30,702 bases of DNA from Pedosphaera sp. (GCA_031414955.1 JANOQV010000213.1:1-30702), one strand, 5' to 3'. Positions 19,101 to 27,722 are shown, numbered from the stretch's first letter. A program made the numbers and translations. Notes: generated by a model from the letters alone, not told the origin.

Positions 19101-22100
19101 GCGTTACCATCGGCCTCACCGTCGTTCCCACCGCGCTGGGCACCTTGACCAATGTCACCCGTGTGGTGCGTTCCGCTGTGGAGGCGCATCCGGAGAACAA
19201 CTCGGTCACCAACACGCTCCCCCTGACCCTGCCGAGAATCACCGTCACCGAGAGCGCGGTGCTGGAAGGCCATTCCTCGACCAATCGTGGCACCAACATC
19301 TTCTACCTGCAGATGAACACCACCAGCGCCGTGCCCGTCACGGTGCAGTTCGGCACGGTGGCCGGCAGCGCTACCAACGTGCAGGACTATGTTCACCGGG
19401 CCGGCACGCTGACCTTTGCGCCGGGCCTGACGGAAACGAATGTCAAAGTAACCATCGTCTCGGACCGGGCCTATGAGCCGGACGAATTCTTCTTCCTGAA
19501 TTTTTCCAACGTCGCGAACGCCGTGATGGTGCGCACCCAGGCCGTGGGCACGATCCTCAACGATGACATTCCGCCCAGCCTGGTCTTCAGCAACGCTTCC
19601 TTCGCCGAGGGCAACTCCAACTCCGTGACGTTTTTGATTCCGGTCCGCCTGAGCGTCGCTCCGGCCGTGCCCACCAGCGTCAATTGGTCCACCGCGAACG
19701 GCACGGCCCTGTCCGGGTCCGACTACAACTTCAATTCCGGCCTGCTCTACTACACCAACGGCCAGACCAATCTGAACCTCAGCCTCACCATCCGGGGCGA
19801 CACGGTCAGCGAGTCGAACGAATTCCTCTACCTCAACTTCTTCAACCCCTCGAACGTGGCCCTGGGCACGCAACAAATGGTCGTGATCATTCTGAACGAC
19901 GAGCCGGTCACGAATCTGGATCACTTCGCCTGGTCGAGCATTGATCCCACGCAGACCTTGAACATGCCGTTCAACGTCTCGGTGGCCGCGCGGGACTATC
20001 TCAACCAGCCGCTGACCAATTACAACCGGCCGGTGCGGCTCTCGGCGGGCGCGGACCCGACCCTGGGCGAACACCTGCTGCCGCCCACGGAGACGACCAA
20101 TAATTTCGCGGGCGGGCCTTTCACCATTGGCTTCGCCTTCACGCCCTCCCTGGATCTTTACGTGACGCATGTGCGCCACTACTCGGGCGTCAAGGTTTCC
20201 ATCTGGACGGATGCCGGCACGCTGCTGGCTTCCCAGGACGTAACCAGCAGCGACGGCACCTGGGTGGACACCCCGCTGGTGCCGGCGCTGAAGCTGGTCG
20301 GAGGCAGCACCTATCGCATCGGTGGTTTCAACGGCACCTCGACCAACCTCTGGTACTATGGCAACGGTCTGCCCGCCACTTTCAAGCACGGCACCATCGG
20401 CACCGCCTATTACAATTTCGGTGACCTCTTCCCGACCACCGATCTGGGCAACTCGCTCTATCTCGTCGATCTGAACTACGCCCTCAGCCTCTTCTCCTTT
20501 TCGATTACCCCCACCAACGTCACCATGACCAACGGTCTTTGGAGCGGCGACCTGCGCGTGCTGACGCCTGGCACCAACATCCAGATCACGGCCTCGGATG
20601 TCTCCAACGTGGTGAACACCCTGAGCAATCCCTTCGACGTGCTGGCCGTCGATGACCTTGAACTCACCGTGCTGCCCTCGGTCAATCCGGTTCCGGCGGC
20701 GGAGAACCTGATTCTCTCCCTGATCGTTTCCAACACCGGACCTTCCACTTCGAGCAGCGTCTTTCTCACCAACCAGCTTCCCGCCGGCGCTGCGTATCTC
20801 GACAGCTTCACCGAGCACGGTTCCATTACGATCGTGGGAGGCACGCTCGTGGCGGACCTTGGCTCTTTGACGAACCACGAGGCGGCTTTGGTCTCCATCA
20901 CCTTGCATCCCAATGCCGTCGGCTCCCTGACCAACGTGGCCTTCGTTTCCCGGGCCGAGCCGGAGTTGTATCTGAACAACAACCGGCGGACCAACTTCAT
21001 CGCCGCCGTGGATCTGAGCGTGAGTGTGGCGGACGTTTCCGTGCGGGAGGGGCACGTCGGCACCACCAATGCCGTCTTCGCCGTGTCGCTCTCGGCGGTC
21101 AGCACGCAGACGGTGAGCGTGGCCTATGTCACGACGGGCAACAGCGCCGTGGCCCCGGCCGATTTTGCGAGCGCGGCCGGCCTGCTGATCTTTGCGCCCG
21201 GCAGCACGACTCAGATCGTGCCGGTCGCGGTCGCGGGCGATCGGTTGAACGAGAACAACGAAACCTTCTTTTTGAATCTCGCCAACGCCACCAACGCCGT
21301 GCTCGGGCGCGCGCAGGGCGTGGCCACCATCATCAACGACGACCCTTTGCCCATGCTGTCCGTCGCCGACACTTCGGTCGTGGAGGGTCGCAATGGTTTC
21401 AGCCTGGCCACCTTCACGGTCACGCTCAACCAGCCCAGCGGGCGGACGATTTTCTTCGACGCCACCACCGTGGACTTGGAGGCGGAGGCGGGCGTGGATT
21501 ACGTCGGCCTCGACGTGTTTGTCGTCCTCAATCCCGGCCAGACCAGCGTGCTTGTGACCGTGCCGGTGCAAGGGGACGGAGAATTGGAGCCGGATGAGCA
21601 GTTCCTCCTGTTGCTGACCAACCCCAGCAGCGCGACCATCGCCGCCGCGGAAGCCCGGGCCACCATTCTGGATGACGATCTGGGAGCAGGCTTTCTCGAT
21701 CACTTCGCCTGGAACATCATTTCCTCGCCGCAAACTCTGGGTCGCGTCTTCAACGTCACCCTCACCGCGCGCGATGGCACGGACGGACTGGTTCCTTTCA
21801 GTGGCACCGTGGCCTTGTCCGCGCGGGCCGGCACGAACGCAGTGGCGCTGGAACCGGCCACCACCGCTGCCTTCGTGAACGGACTCTGGAGCGGAGCGCT
21901 GACCTTCGCCAGCTCCGGCACCAACATCATCCTCACGGCTGATGACGGTGCCGGCCACCTCGGCGACTCCAATCCCTTCGACGTGAACGTGGCCAACCTC
22001 GTTCTCTCCGGCTCGGCTCCGCCCGAGGGGCTGATCGAGTTTCCCTTCGATTACGTGCTGACCATCAGCAACGCCGGGCCGTCCACCGCCACGGCCGTCA

Positions 22101-22717
22101 CGGTGACGAATGTGTTGCCGGTGGATGTTTCCTTCTCCGGCGCCACCCCCTCGGTTGGAGCCTGTTCGTTCGTCAACGGCGTGGTGCGCTGCGACCTGGG
22201 CCCGCTGACCAATGGCGGCGTGGCTTCCGTCTCTGTTTTGCTCACTCCGTGGCGTGGCGGCATTCTTTCAAACACGGCCTCCGTGACCGCTTTTGAGTTC
22301 GATCCATCGGCGGCGGACAACCGCGCCACCAACCTCGTGTCGGTGACCGGGGACCTGGATCAGGACGGCCTGCCCGACGCCTGGGAATCCCAGTACGGGC
22401 TTTCCTCCAGTGAACCCAACGACGCCGGATTTGATCTGGACCTCGACGGACACACCAGCTTGCAGGAATACGTCGCGGGCACGAATCCGAACCTGGCCGC
22501 GAGCGTCTTCCAGGCTGTGCTGCTGGTGCAGGGCGCGGCTGTGGAAGTGCGGTTTCTCACCGTGCTGGATCGGTTTTATTTCGTGGAACGCGCGCCGAGC
22601 CCGGCCGGGCCGTGGACCGCCGTGGGCAATGAACTCTTCGGCGACGGGGACGCGGCGATCGTCAGCGACCTGGTTGGCCCTTCGCAACACTTCTATCGCG
22701 TGCGGGTGCGGCACTGA
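16178..22717 (+). CDS. very large secreted/surface protein: Ig-like x3, duplicated ~245-aa unknown domain x2, DHF-W Ig-like module x3, DUF11 x3, Calx-beta x4, DUF4082-like insert, DxDxDG Ca-binding motif and C-terminal FYRVR tail
   Basis: ~2180 aa with a signal peptide (…LLLGFVLPLSALAQ). Ig motifs (FTVSATG..FQWR..Y.VVITN..G), DUF11 (DL...Y...N.GP..NN), Calx-beta (EG...DY...GTLTFAPG...D...E.DE.F...GTILNDD) and DLDQDGLPDAWE..LQEYVAGTNP. Start is GTG 16139 or ATG 16178. Confidence 0.85.
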   Translation: MRTVGIPSLRALLFLLLGFVLPLSALAQAPAITTPPASLSVASGSNASFTVSATGAALLKFQWRRFGTNLAGATNSTLSLSNVQPSVGGLYAVVITNSLGGVTSAPALLAVDEHLTFRILQLSTNGALSVEHGLETGDDRGGLVVAPTQVFVTGDESTARFSATDLSGGTALNLVYDSLCSNLRTEQIYLLGNGTNILGYGGGTVSSLIELDGLTGLPNGVIITLSTNFSFTGSPGIFSGYDRIVLMANPNFYDIALPSGRVTRIVQSLSFSRTSTESWAFWGLAEYFGNSLYINYVGSSAIQRLRIAAGSTPTPIAQFSNLGDMASIGFSVSRSRWFFHHEGTSQFRSGDETVGSAKAVFSLDPGLPGIYQEPVSQTNFPGDTAVFSVTALGSGTLTYQWRFNGTNLAGANGASLVLTNVPPAATGNYSVLVGNAAGTTLSREAFLFVVSVPQILSQPVSRFVVPGTNTTFTAVVRAAPPVTYQWRHEGTNILQGTNASYAIPFVTSLDGGAYDLLVTNLYGSATSSVAQLQLIVELPYSFKVLGLSNEAVIAEHRNLTGSDRGGVVVSSNRLFVTGDTTTGIFSADDLGSPAALPTLYDALVSDLRTGRVFALGVGTNLYVPFSSSSTTTLIELNASSGLRSTNLIQLSQPVPVSSSAGIFSGYGQIVLLSGGRAFSIAIPSGVVVDLGAMNTPARQSSEYWSAFWGLAENFGGAIYLVYVQNSTSIVRTRVPDGLTTSVANFINLSDMNGIGASVARGRWYFHHQGASEFGGTNETVGFAAASFSVGVNPVVDHFTWEPLPGGVFTGVPFPVTVSARSIDDSVLTNFEGQVALSAFTVANGLAVSVTPSVSGDFVQGVWTGELTIADPSAGLYLRASDFAGRFGVSSACAVVSSNDLAVQVVPGHSAPTLYDALTYAVILTNTGPDISSAVFVTNILPANVTFISASSSQGSCSFGGGTVVCEVGTMSPATGVTIGLTVVPTALGTLTNVTRVVRSAVEAHPENNSVTNTLPLTLPRITVTESAVLEGHSSTNRGTNIFYLQMNTTSAVPVTVQFGTVAGSATNVQDYVHRAGTLTFAPGLTETNVKVTIVSDRAYEPDEFFFLNFSNVANAVMVRTQAVGTILNDDIPPSLVFSNASFAEGNSNSVTFLIPVRLSVAPAVPTSVNWSTANGTALSGSDYNFNSGLLYYTNGQTNLNLSLTIRGDTVSESNEFLYLNFFNPSNVALGTQQMVVIILNDEPVTNLDHFAWSSIDPTQTLNMPFNVSVAARDYLNQPLTNYNRPVRLSAGADPTLGEHLLPPTETTNNFAGGPFTIGFAFTPSLDLYVTHVRHYSGVKVSIWTDAGTLLASQDVTSSDGTWVDTPLVPALKLVGGSTYRIGGFNGTSTNLWYYGNGLPATFKHGTIGTAYYNFGDLFPTTDLGNSLYLVDLNYALSLFSFSITPTNVTMTNGLWSGDLRVLTPGTNIQITASDVSNVVNTLSNPFDVLAVDDLELTVLPSVNPVPAAENLILSLIVSNTGPSTSSSVFLTNQLPAGAAYLDSFTEHGSITIVGGTLVADLGSLTNHEAALVSITLHPNAVGSLTNVAFVSRAEPELYLNNNRRTNFIAAVDLSVSVADVSVREGHVGTTNAVFAVSLSAVSTQTVSVAYVTTGNSAVAPADFASAAGLLIFAPGSTTQIVPVAVAGDRLNENNETFFLNLANATNAVLGRAQGVATIINDDPLPMLSVADTSVVEGRNGFSLATFTVTLNQPSGRTIFFDATTVDLEAEAGVDYVGLDVFVVLNPGQTSVLVTVPVQGDGELEPDEQFLLLLTNPSSATIAAAEARATILDDDLGAGFLDHFAWNIISSPQTLGRVFNVTLTARDGTDGLVPFSGTVALSARAGTNAVALEPATTAAFVNGLWSGALTFASSGTNIILTADDGAGHLGDSNPFDVNVANLVLSGSAPPEGLIEFPFDYVLTISNAGPSTATAVTVTNVLPVDVSFSGATPSVGACSFVNGVVRCDLGPLTNGGVASVSVLLTPWRGGILSNTASVTAFEFDPSAADNRATNLVSVTGDLDQDGLPDAWESQYGLSSSEPNDAGFDLDLDGHTSLQEYVAGTNPNLAASVFQAVLLVQGAAVEVRFLTVLDRFYFVERAPSPAGPWTAVGNELFGDGDAAIVSDLVGPSQHFYRVRVRH

Positions 22718-22752
22718 AGGTCGGCTCGCGTTCGAGCCGGTGCCGGGTTGCG

Positions 22753-24615
22753 TCACTCGCGCACGGGCAAGTCCAGGTGCGAGGGAAAACTTCGGTTGCG
22801 CAGCACGCGGGTCGTGGCCGACTGGAAGTCAGCCGCCTCCGCCTCGAAGATATTCGGCACGAACTTCTGCGGGTTGCGGTCGATGAGCGGGAACCAGGTG
22901 CTTTGAACCTGCACCATGATCTTGTGGCCCTTCAGGAAGCGGTGGTTCAGCGAGTGCAGGCTGAATCGGTAGGGCAGGATTTTGTTGGCCGGAATGGCCC
23001 TGGGCTCCTCAAAACTTTCCCGGAAGCGGCCCCGGAAAACTTCGTTCGCCACCATGAGTTGATAGCCGCCCAGCGCCGGATCAGCGATCACTGACTGCGG
23101 ATAAACATCGATCAGCTTCACGATCCAATCGGCATCGGTGCCAGTCGTGGAAGCGAAGAGATTGGCAAACACTTCGCCGGTCACGACCAGATCCTCGGCC
23201 AGCTCCTCGGTCTCGTAACTCAACACGTCGGGACGGTTGTGGACGTGACGCTGATCTTCCACCAGCCAGGTGCGCCAGCGGGAGCCTTTGCCGTAGGTCG
23301 TCTCGATCGGGCGTGTGCGATAGGGAACAGGATGCGCGGGGTCGGAGACAAAGCTGTCGGCATCCTTGCGCGAGTCGGTGGCGGGCGCCGTGAAGCCGAG
23401 GCGACCGTCTGGCAGGAAGTAGAGCGAGCGTCGGCGCACACCTTCGCGCGGTGGCCAGCTCGTATGGCTCTCCCATTTGTTCGCACCTGTCTGGAAGGTG
23501 ATGGCCTCGGGGAAATTCGTCGCGGCATGATCTTTCAAGTGCAGGGCAAACCATTTGGCCCGGATGTGCTCGCGGAAGTGCTGACCAGTGGCGCTGCCGA
23601 AATCGATGTTGCCGAGCTTCCGGCCTTCACCGGCATTCCAGCCGCCGTGATTCCACGGCCCGGCGACGAAGAAATTTTTTCCACTGCGGTCGTGACGTTC
23701 GAGCGCGGCGTAAGCGGTGAGCGGGCCATAGAAATCCTCCTGATCCCACCAACCGGCGACGTGCAGGATCGGCACGGTCACATTCGTGAGGTAACCCGCG
23801 AGCGCCTGGCGTTGCCAGAAGGCGTCGTAGTTCGGATGCGCCACGTAGTCGTTCCACGTCGGGATTTTTCCGTGCAACCAGCGGGCGTTGACGTTCGCGA
23901 GGCTGCCGAGGCGCAGATACGCTTCGTAGGCGTCGTAGTGATCCAGTTGCACGTTTACGTTGGTACGCGCCGTCTCCAGTTCGTAGGCGAACTCGTAGCC
24001 GTAGCTCAGGCGGAAGGCTCCATTGTGATGAAAGTCGTCGCCCATCCACATGTCGGCGGGGCTGGCTTCCTCGCAGGCGGCCCGCAGGGCCGGGTGGGGG
24101 AGCAGCGTGCCCATGATCGTCGTCCAGCCGAGATAGGAAGTGCCATAGAGGCCGACGCGTCCGTTGTGGCCCGGCACATTTTTGATCAGCCAGTCGATGC
24201 TGTCGTAGGTGTCGGTGGATTCATCCACCGTTTCATTTCCCGCGCGCGGTGGGCGCATCATCACGAACTGTCCCTCTGAGCGAAATTTCCCGCGGATGTC
24301 CTGGTAAACAAGAATGTAGCCATCGGCCACGAGTTCCTTGAGCTGGTTGGTGAGTTGGGCGCGGAAGTTGGTGGCGGTGAGGAAGGCGTTGTAGGGCGTG
24401 CGTTTCATCAGCAGCGGCAGCGGCTTCCTGGCCGCGAGCGGGCGCAGGACCTCGGTGTAGAGCTTCACGCCGTCGCGGGTCGGAATCATGAAACTCGTTT
24501 TCTCCCAGCCGAGCGTGGCGAAGGCGGCCTGTTCCTCCGGCAACACTGCGGCGCGGGTGGCGAGGCTGAACAAAAGGAACGCGAGCAACAGGGCGCGGAG
24601 CCGGGGCGGTTTCAT
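22753..24615 (-). CDS. CocE/NonD family hydrolase (alpha-amino acid ester hydrolase / glutaryl-7-ACA acylase-like, peptidase S15)
   Basis: Signal peptide, RDGVKLYT, RTPY, QDIRGKFRSEG, GTSYLG nucleophile, DDFHHNGAF, GPWNHG and QSTWFPLIDRNPQ. Start set at MKPPRL, because the longer ORF runs through a repeat. Confidence 0.92.
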   Translation of the reverse strand: MKPPRLRALLLAFLLFSLATRAAVLPEEQAAFATLGWEKTSFMIPTRDGVKLYTEVLRPLAARKPLPLLMKRTPYNAFLTATNFRAQLTNQLKELVADGYILVYQDIRGKFRSEGQFVMMRPPRAGNETVDESTDTYDSIDWLIKNVPGHNGRVGLYGTSYLGWTTIMGTLLPHPALRAACEEASPADMWMGDDFHHNGAFRLSYGYEFAYELETARTNVNVQLDHYDAYEAYLRLGSLANVNARWLHGKIPTWNDYVAHPNYDAFWQRQALAGYLTNVTVPILHVAGWWDQEDFYGPLTAYAALERHDRSGKNFFVAGPWNHGGWNAGEGRKLGNIDFGSATGQHFREHIRAKWFALHLKDHAATNFPEAITFQTGANKWESHTSWPPREGVRRRSLYFLPDGRLGFTAPATDSRKDADSFVSDPAHPVPYRTRPIETTYGKGSRWRTWLVEDQRHVHNRPDVLSYETEELAEDLVVTGEVFANLFASTTGTDADWIVKLIDVYPQSVIADPALGGYQLMVANEVFRGRFRESFEEPRAIPANKILPYRFSLHSLNHRFLKGHKIMVQVQSTWFPLIDRNPQKFVPNIFEAEAADFQSATTRVLRNRSFPSHLDLPVRE

Positions 24616-24718
24616 GCCTGCTGGTTTCCGCTGCACGCGCGGCGGCGTCAAGAATGCAGTTGGAGCGGCGGGCGCGCTGAACGCGGCTCCGGCGGTGACC
24701 GCGACCAAAAGACCTTTA

Positions 24719-24801
24719 ACCACGGATTTCGCGGATGACACGGATGGGGAGAGAAACCGCACCCTGCTTTCTTCATCCGTGCCATCCGCGTAATCCGTGG
24801 T
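24719..24801. repeat. CACGGAT-periodic palindromic element
   Basis: ACCACGGATTTCGCGGATGACACGGATG (24719-24746) versus CATCCGTGCCATCCGCGTAATCCGTGGT (24774-24801), 2 mismatches. Each arm has a 9-nt internal period. Confidence 0.8.
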
Positions 24802-24815
24802 AAAAACTTCCTCCC

Positions 24816-26384
24816 TCAATACACCAGCACCAGCACCGCGGCCTGCTCGACCGACTTCACCACGTCCTCAAACTTCCGCTCCTTGGTGTTCGCGTCCTTG
24901 AGCTTGGCCGACACTTCCGGCACGGATTCGAGGAAGCTGAGCAGGAAGCTGCTCTTCACCGCGTAATTCACGTTCTCCGGCAAGGCCCCGCTCGCGGCCA
25001 GCGCCGCCCGCGCACTCAGCTTGGCCGACACCACGCCCACCACGTTCCCGAGCTCGTCCACCAGCGCGCCGCCCGAATTGCCCGGCTGCACCGGGACGCT
25101 GATTTGAAAATACCGCGCGTCATCCTGCGCGCCGGAGAGCGCGGCGATTTCGCCCCGGGCCAGCTTGGGCGCGAACCCTTGCAGGCCCACGTTGGGGAAA
25201 CCGACCGTGGCCACCGTGCTCCCCAGCCGCATCCCGCGGCTCGCGACCACCGGCAACGCCGCAAACCGGCCCTCCGCCTTGAGCAACGCGAGGTCATTGG
25301 CCGCATCCACCTTCACCACCTTGGCGGCGATGATTCCCGCGCTCGTGACCAACCGCACTTGCGCGGCCTCTTTGACCACATGCTCGTTCGTGATCAGAAA
25401 TCCATCCTCAGTGATGAAGAAACCGGTGCCACTACTTGTAGCTTGAGAAACACTTTTACCCTTGGGTGAATCCGACCAAATTTCACCCGTGGGCTTTCCT
25501 GTTGTGAACGCTTTGGCCAGCCGTTGCCCCTCTGCTCGCTGATCAGCAGTTAATCGGCGCTCGCTTACCAAAATGGCATCTTTCGCGAGTTCTACACCTT
25601 GAGCACCGGCGAGGAGAAACCACTTGTACGCTTCCGTCTCGTCCTTTGGAGTCCCGTCGCCATGTGCATAGATGATCCCGACGTTATACTGAGCCTTGGC
25701 GTCTCCACTTTCGCCGGCCTTCCGAAACCACTTCAACGCCTCGCGGGAGCTCTTTGACACACCGACACCTCTGTCGTAGCAATCGCCCAAATTGAACAGA
25801 GCGCTCGCCTCATTTTGCGCTGCGGCTTTCAAATACCACCTTACTGCCTCAGCCTCGTCTTTGGGCACACCTTGCCCCTTGGCATAGCAAACGCCCAAAT
25901 TTACCTGGGCTTTGGAATCGCCTTGTTCGGCTGCAGCCCGATACCATTTCGCGGCCTCCTCATCGTCTTTAGGCGTGCCGTTTCCATTTTGGCATAGGAT
26001 GCCGAGGTTCAATTGAGCAGGTGCGAGACCTTGTGCAGCAGCTTTCCTAAACCACTCGACTGCTCCCTTCTCATCTTTTTCCACGCCGTCGCCATTCTTG
26101 AGACAGGCAGCAAGGTTGTTCTGGCCATGCGGGGAACCTTGTTCCGCCGCTTTGCGAAACCATCTGACGGCGTTCGATGCGTCTTTCGGGATGCCAACTC
26201 CCTCAAAGTAAAAAACGCCGAGATTGTATTGCGCCGCCATCTCTCCCTGTTCAGCCAGGGCGTTCACTTCCTCGAAAAGTTTTCGGTCGGTTTGATTCTG
26301 TTGAGCGGAAAGCGAGGCCGGGGCGGCCATGAGCGCTAGATACATGACGGTTCGAATCAACAGCACGGCTTTCACGGAAGACAT
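24816..26384 (-). CDS. secreted Sel1-like repeat protein (6 repeats) with C-terminal trypsin-like (HtrA-type, no PDZ) serine protease
   Basis: Six AxxG..AQ.NLG..Y..G.G..KD...A..W...A repeats. Catalytic triad in ITNEHV, NDLALLK and QPGNSGG. Start MSSVKA is 2 nt after the upstream stop. Confidence 0.88.
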   Translation of the reverse strand: MSSVKAVLLIRTVMYLALMAAPASLSAQQNQTDRKLFEEVNALAEQGEMAAQYNLGVFYFEGVGIPKDASNAVRWFRKAAEQGSPHGQNNLAACLKNGDGVEKDEKGAVEWFRKAAAQGLAPAQLNLGILCQNGNGTPKDDEEAAKWYRAAAEQGDSKAQVNLGVCYAKGQGVPKDEAEAVRWYLKAAAQNEASALFNLGDCYDRGVGVSKSSREALKWFRKAGESGDAKAQYNVGIIYAHGDGTPKDETEAYKWFLLAGAQGVELAKDAILVSERRLTADQRAEGQRLAKAFTTGKPTGEIWSDSPKGKSVSQATSSGTGFFITEDGFLITNEHVVKEAAQVRLVTSAGIIAAKVVKVDAANDLALLKAEGRFAALPVVASRGMRLGSTVATVGFPNVGLQGFAPKLARGEIAALSGAQDDARYFQISVPVQPGNSGGALVDELGNVVGVVSAKLSARAALAASGALPENVNYAVKSSFLLSFLESVPEVSAKLKDANTKERKFEDVVKSVEQAAVLVLVY

Positions 26385-26386
26385 GA

Positions 26387-27088
26387 TCAACGCTTGGGAA
26401 CACTCTCGCAAGAAATCCATTTCTTACCATTCCAAGAGTCATCGATCTTCCATTTGAGGTTATTGAAGATCCAGACGAAGAAATGCCACGTTTCACGGAG
26501 AAATTGATCGATGCATTCTGATTCAATATCGATCTGCAATTCTTCCCAAGCGTAAAAACCAATTCGGCGGCCTTTGAGCTGGATCAGGTATTTCATATCT
26601 CGGGAGAGGCTGACGTCCCCACGGCAGTGGACAATGCAATTCCTAACTTTTTGCAAGTCGCAGACAGCCTGGTAATCGGGGGCGTTTTGGAGGCGCAACT
26701 GAAAATTGGCTTCGCAAAATTGGGCAACCGGATCAAGCACTGAACTTCCCTTACGCTCAAACTTGAGAGAGCGAGATGGGTCAAGGTTCGCTACAACTCT
26801 CAACAATTCTCGTTCAATTATTACGTAAAGCATCACGATGCTGGAGTAGCGAAAGGTCGGCGTCATAACCGCATCATGGAATTGTCGAGCCATTTGCTGC
26901 TCCCACCGAAATTCTCCATGTTCGTCATCCGTCTGTGGGTTCCACGCAGGTGTATTGCGCTCCGCCTCAAGTTTGGCAGCCTTTTCGATCAGTCGTTCGT
27001 TCTCGTTCCAGTAGTTCCGAAACGAATCGAGCGCATACAGGGTGCTGGAGGTCTTCGGTCCAAAATCTTCTAAACTTACGAGTGGCAT
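26387..27088 (-). CDS. hypothetical protein with HEPN-like RxxxxH motif (putative RNase/defence effector)
   Basis: DLQKVRNCIVHCRG (R-x4-H) preceded by helix SSIVMLYVIIERELL. AT-richer than the flanks. Start is uncertain (27088, 27136 or 27172). Confidence 0.6.
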   Translation of the reverse strand: MPLVSLEDFGPKTSSTLYALDSFRNYWNENERLIEKAAKLEAERNTPAWNPQTDDEHGEFRWEQQMARQFHDAVMTPTFRYSSIVMLYVIIERELLRVVANLDPSRSLKFERKGSSVLDPVAQFCEANFQLRLQNAPDYQAVCDLQKVRNCIVHCRGDVSLSRDMKYLIQLKGRRIGFYAWEELQIDIESECIDQFLRETWHFFVWIFNNLKWKIDDSWNGKKWISCESVPKR

Positions 27089-27211
27089 ACTCGAAGCGAT
27101 GACAAATTCAAAAACGAACTGCAATCTGTTTACCATTGGGAGGATGCCCAGCGGTCTAGTGCCGGAACCCATGAACCTTCCACTGCCGCCCGACTCGCGA
27201 ATTCCCCGTTG

Positions 27212-27375
27212 TCAGACCCATTTCAGCCATTCCCGCAGCGTGGCCAGGTCTTTTTGAAGTGCGCGCGCATGGCGTCGTTCTCGCCCAGCTCGTATTCGTG
27301 ATGCTGGCAAATCGGACCGCTGTAGTTCGTGGCCGCCAAGCGTTTGAAGAAATCCCGGTTCACCATGCCTTCTCC
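27212..27375 (-). pseudogene. 3' fragment (copy 1, 1-nt deletion) of a sugar-phosphate isomerase/epimerase (xylose-isomerase-like TIM barrel) gene
   Basis: Reads GEGMVNRDFFKRLAATNYSGPICQHHEYELGENDAMRAHFK/KDLATLREWLKWV* with a frameshift in the A-run. The G.G.V...GP...H.EY pattern matches TIM-barrel epimerase C-termini. Confidence 0.6.
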
Positions 27376-27383
27376 ATTGGCTG

Positions 27384-27514
27384 CTCCTCTCCCTGACCCT
27401 CTCCTCACTCGTGCCTCGCGAGGAGAGGGAACCGGACGAGGGCGCGCGGCCGTCGCACGGCGTGTTCCGGCTCCCTCTCCTCCCCGCCAGGGAGGAGAGG
27501 GTTGGGGAGAGGAG
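27384..27514. repeat. CCCTCTCC-hairpin REPIN, copy A
   Basis: Left arm CTCCTCTCCCTGACCCTCTCCTC…GAGGAGAGGG and inverted right arm CCCTCTCCTCCC…GGGAGGAGAGGGTTGGGGAGAGGAG. Confidence 0.75.
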
Positions 27515-27545
27515 GCGCTCAATAGACCAACACCATTACGCCGGC

Positions 27546-27722
27546 TTACTCCGCTGTCAGGCCCCCTTTCGGCCATTCCCGCAGCGTGGCCAGGTTTTTT
27601 TTGAAGTGCGCGCGCATGGCATCGTTGTCGCCCAGTTCGTATTCGTGATGCTGGCAAATCGGGCCGGTGTAGTTCGTGGCCGGCAAGCGTTTGAAGAAAT
27701 CGCGGTTCACCATGCCTTCTCC
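27546..27722 (-). pseudogene. 3' fragment (copy 2) of the same TIM-barrel gene
   Basis: GEGMVNRDFFKRLPATNYTGPICQHHEYELGDNDAMRAHFKKNLATLREWPKGGLTAE*. A 1-nt insertion near the end puts the TGA used in copy 1 out of frame. Confidence 0.6.

Noticed and set aside
17888..21958. 1356-aa minus-strand ORF (also 567-3002, 4028-5554, 7796-9526, 14220-16253, 20-1339 and similar)
   Set aside because: Antisense or alternate-frame shadows of well-supported genes in high-GC DNA, with no recognisable motifs.
24616..24819. 68-aa N-terminal extension of the CocE/NonD ORF
   Set aside because: Crosses the CACGGAT palindrome; the signal peptide and promoter-like signal point to ATG 24615.
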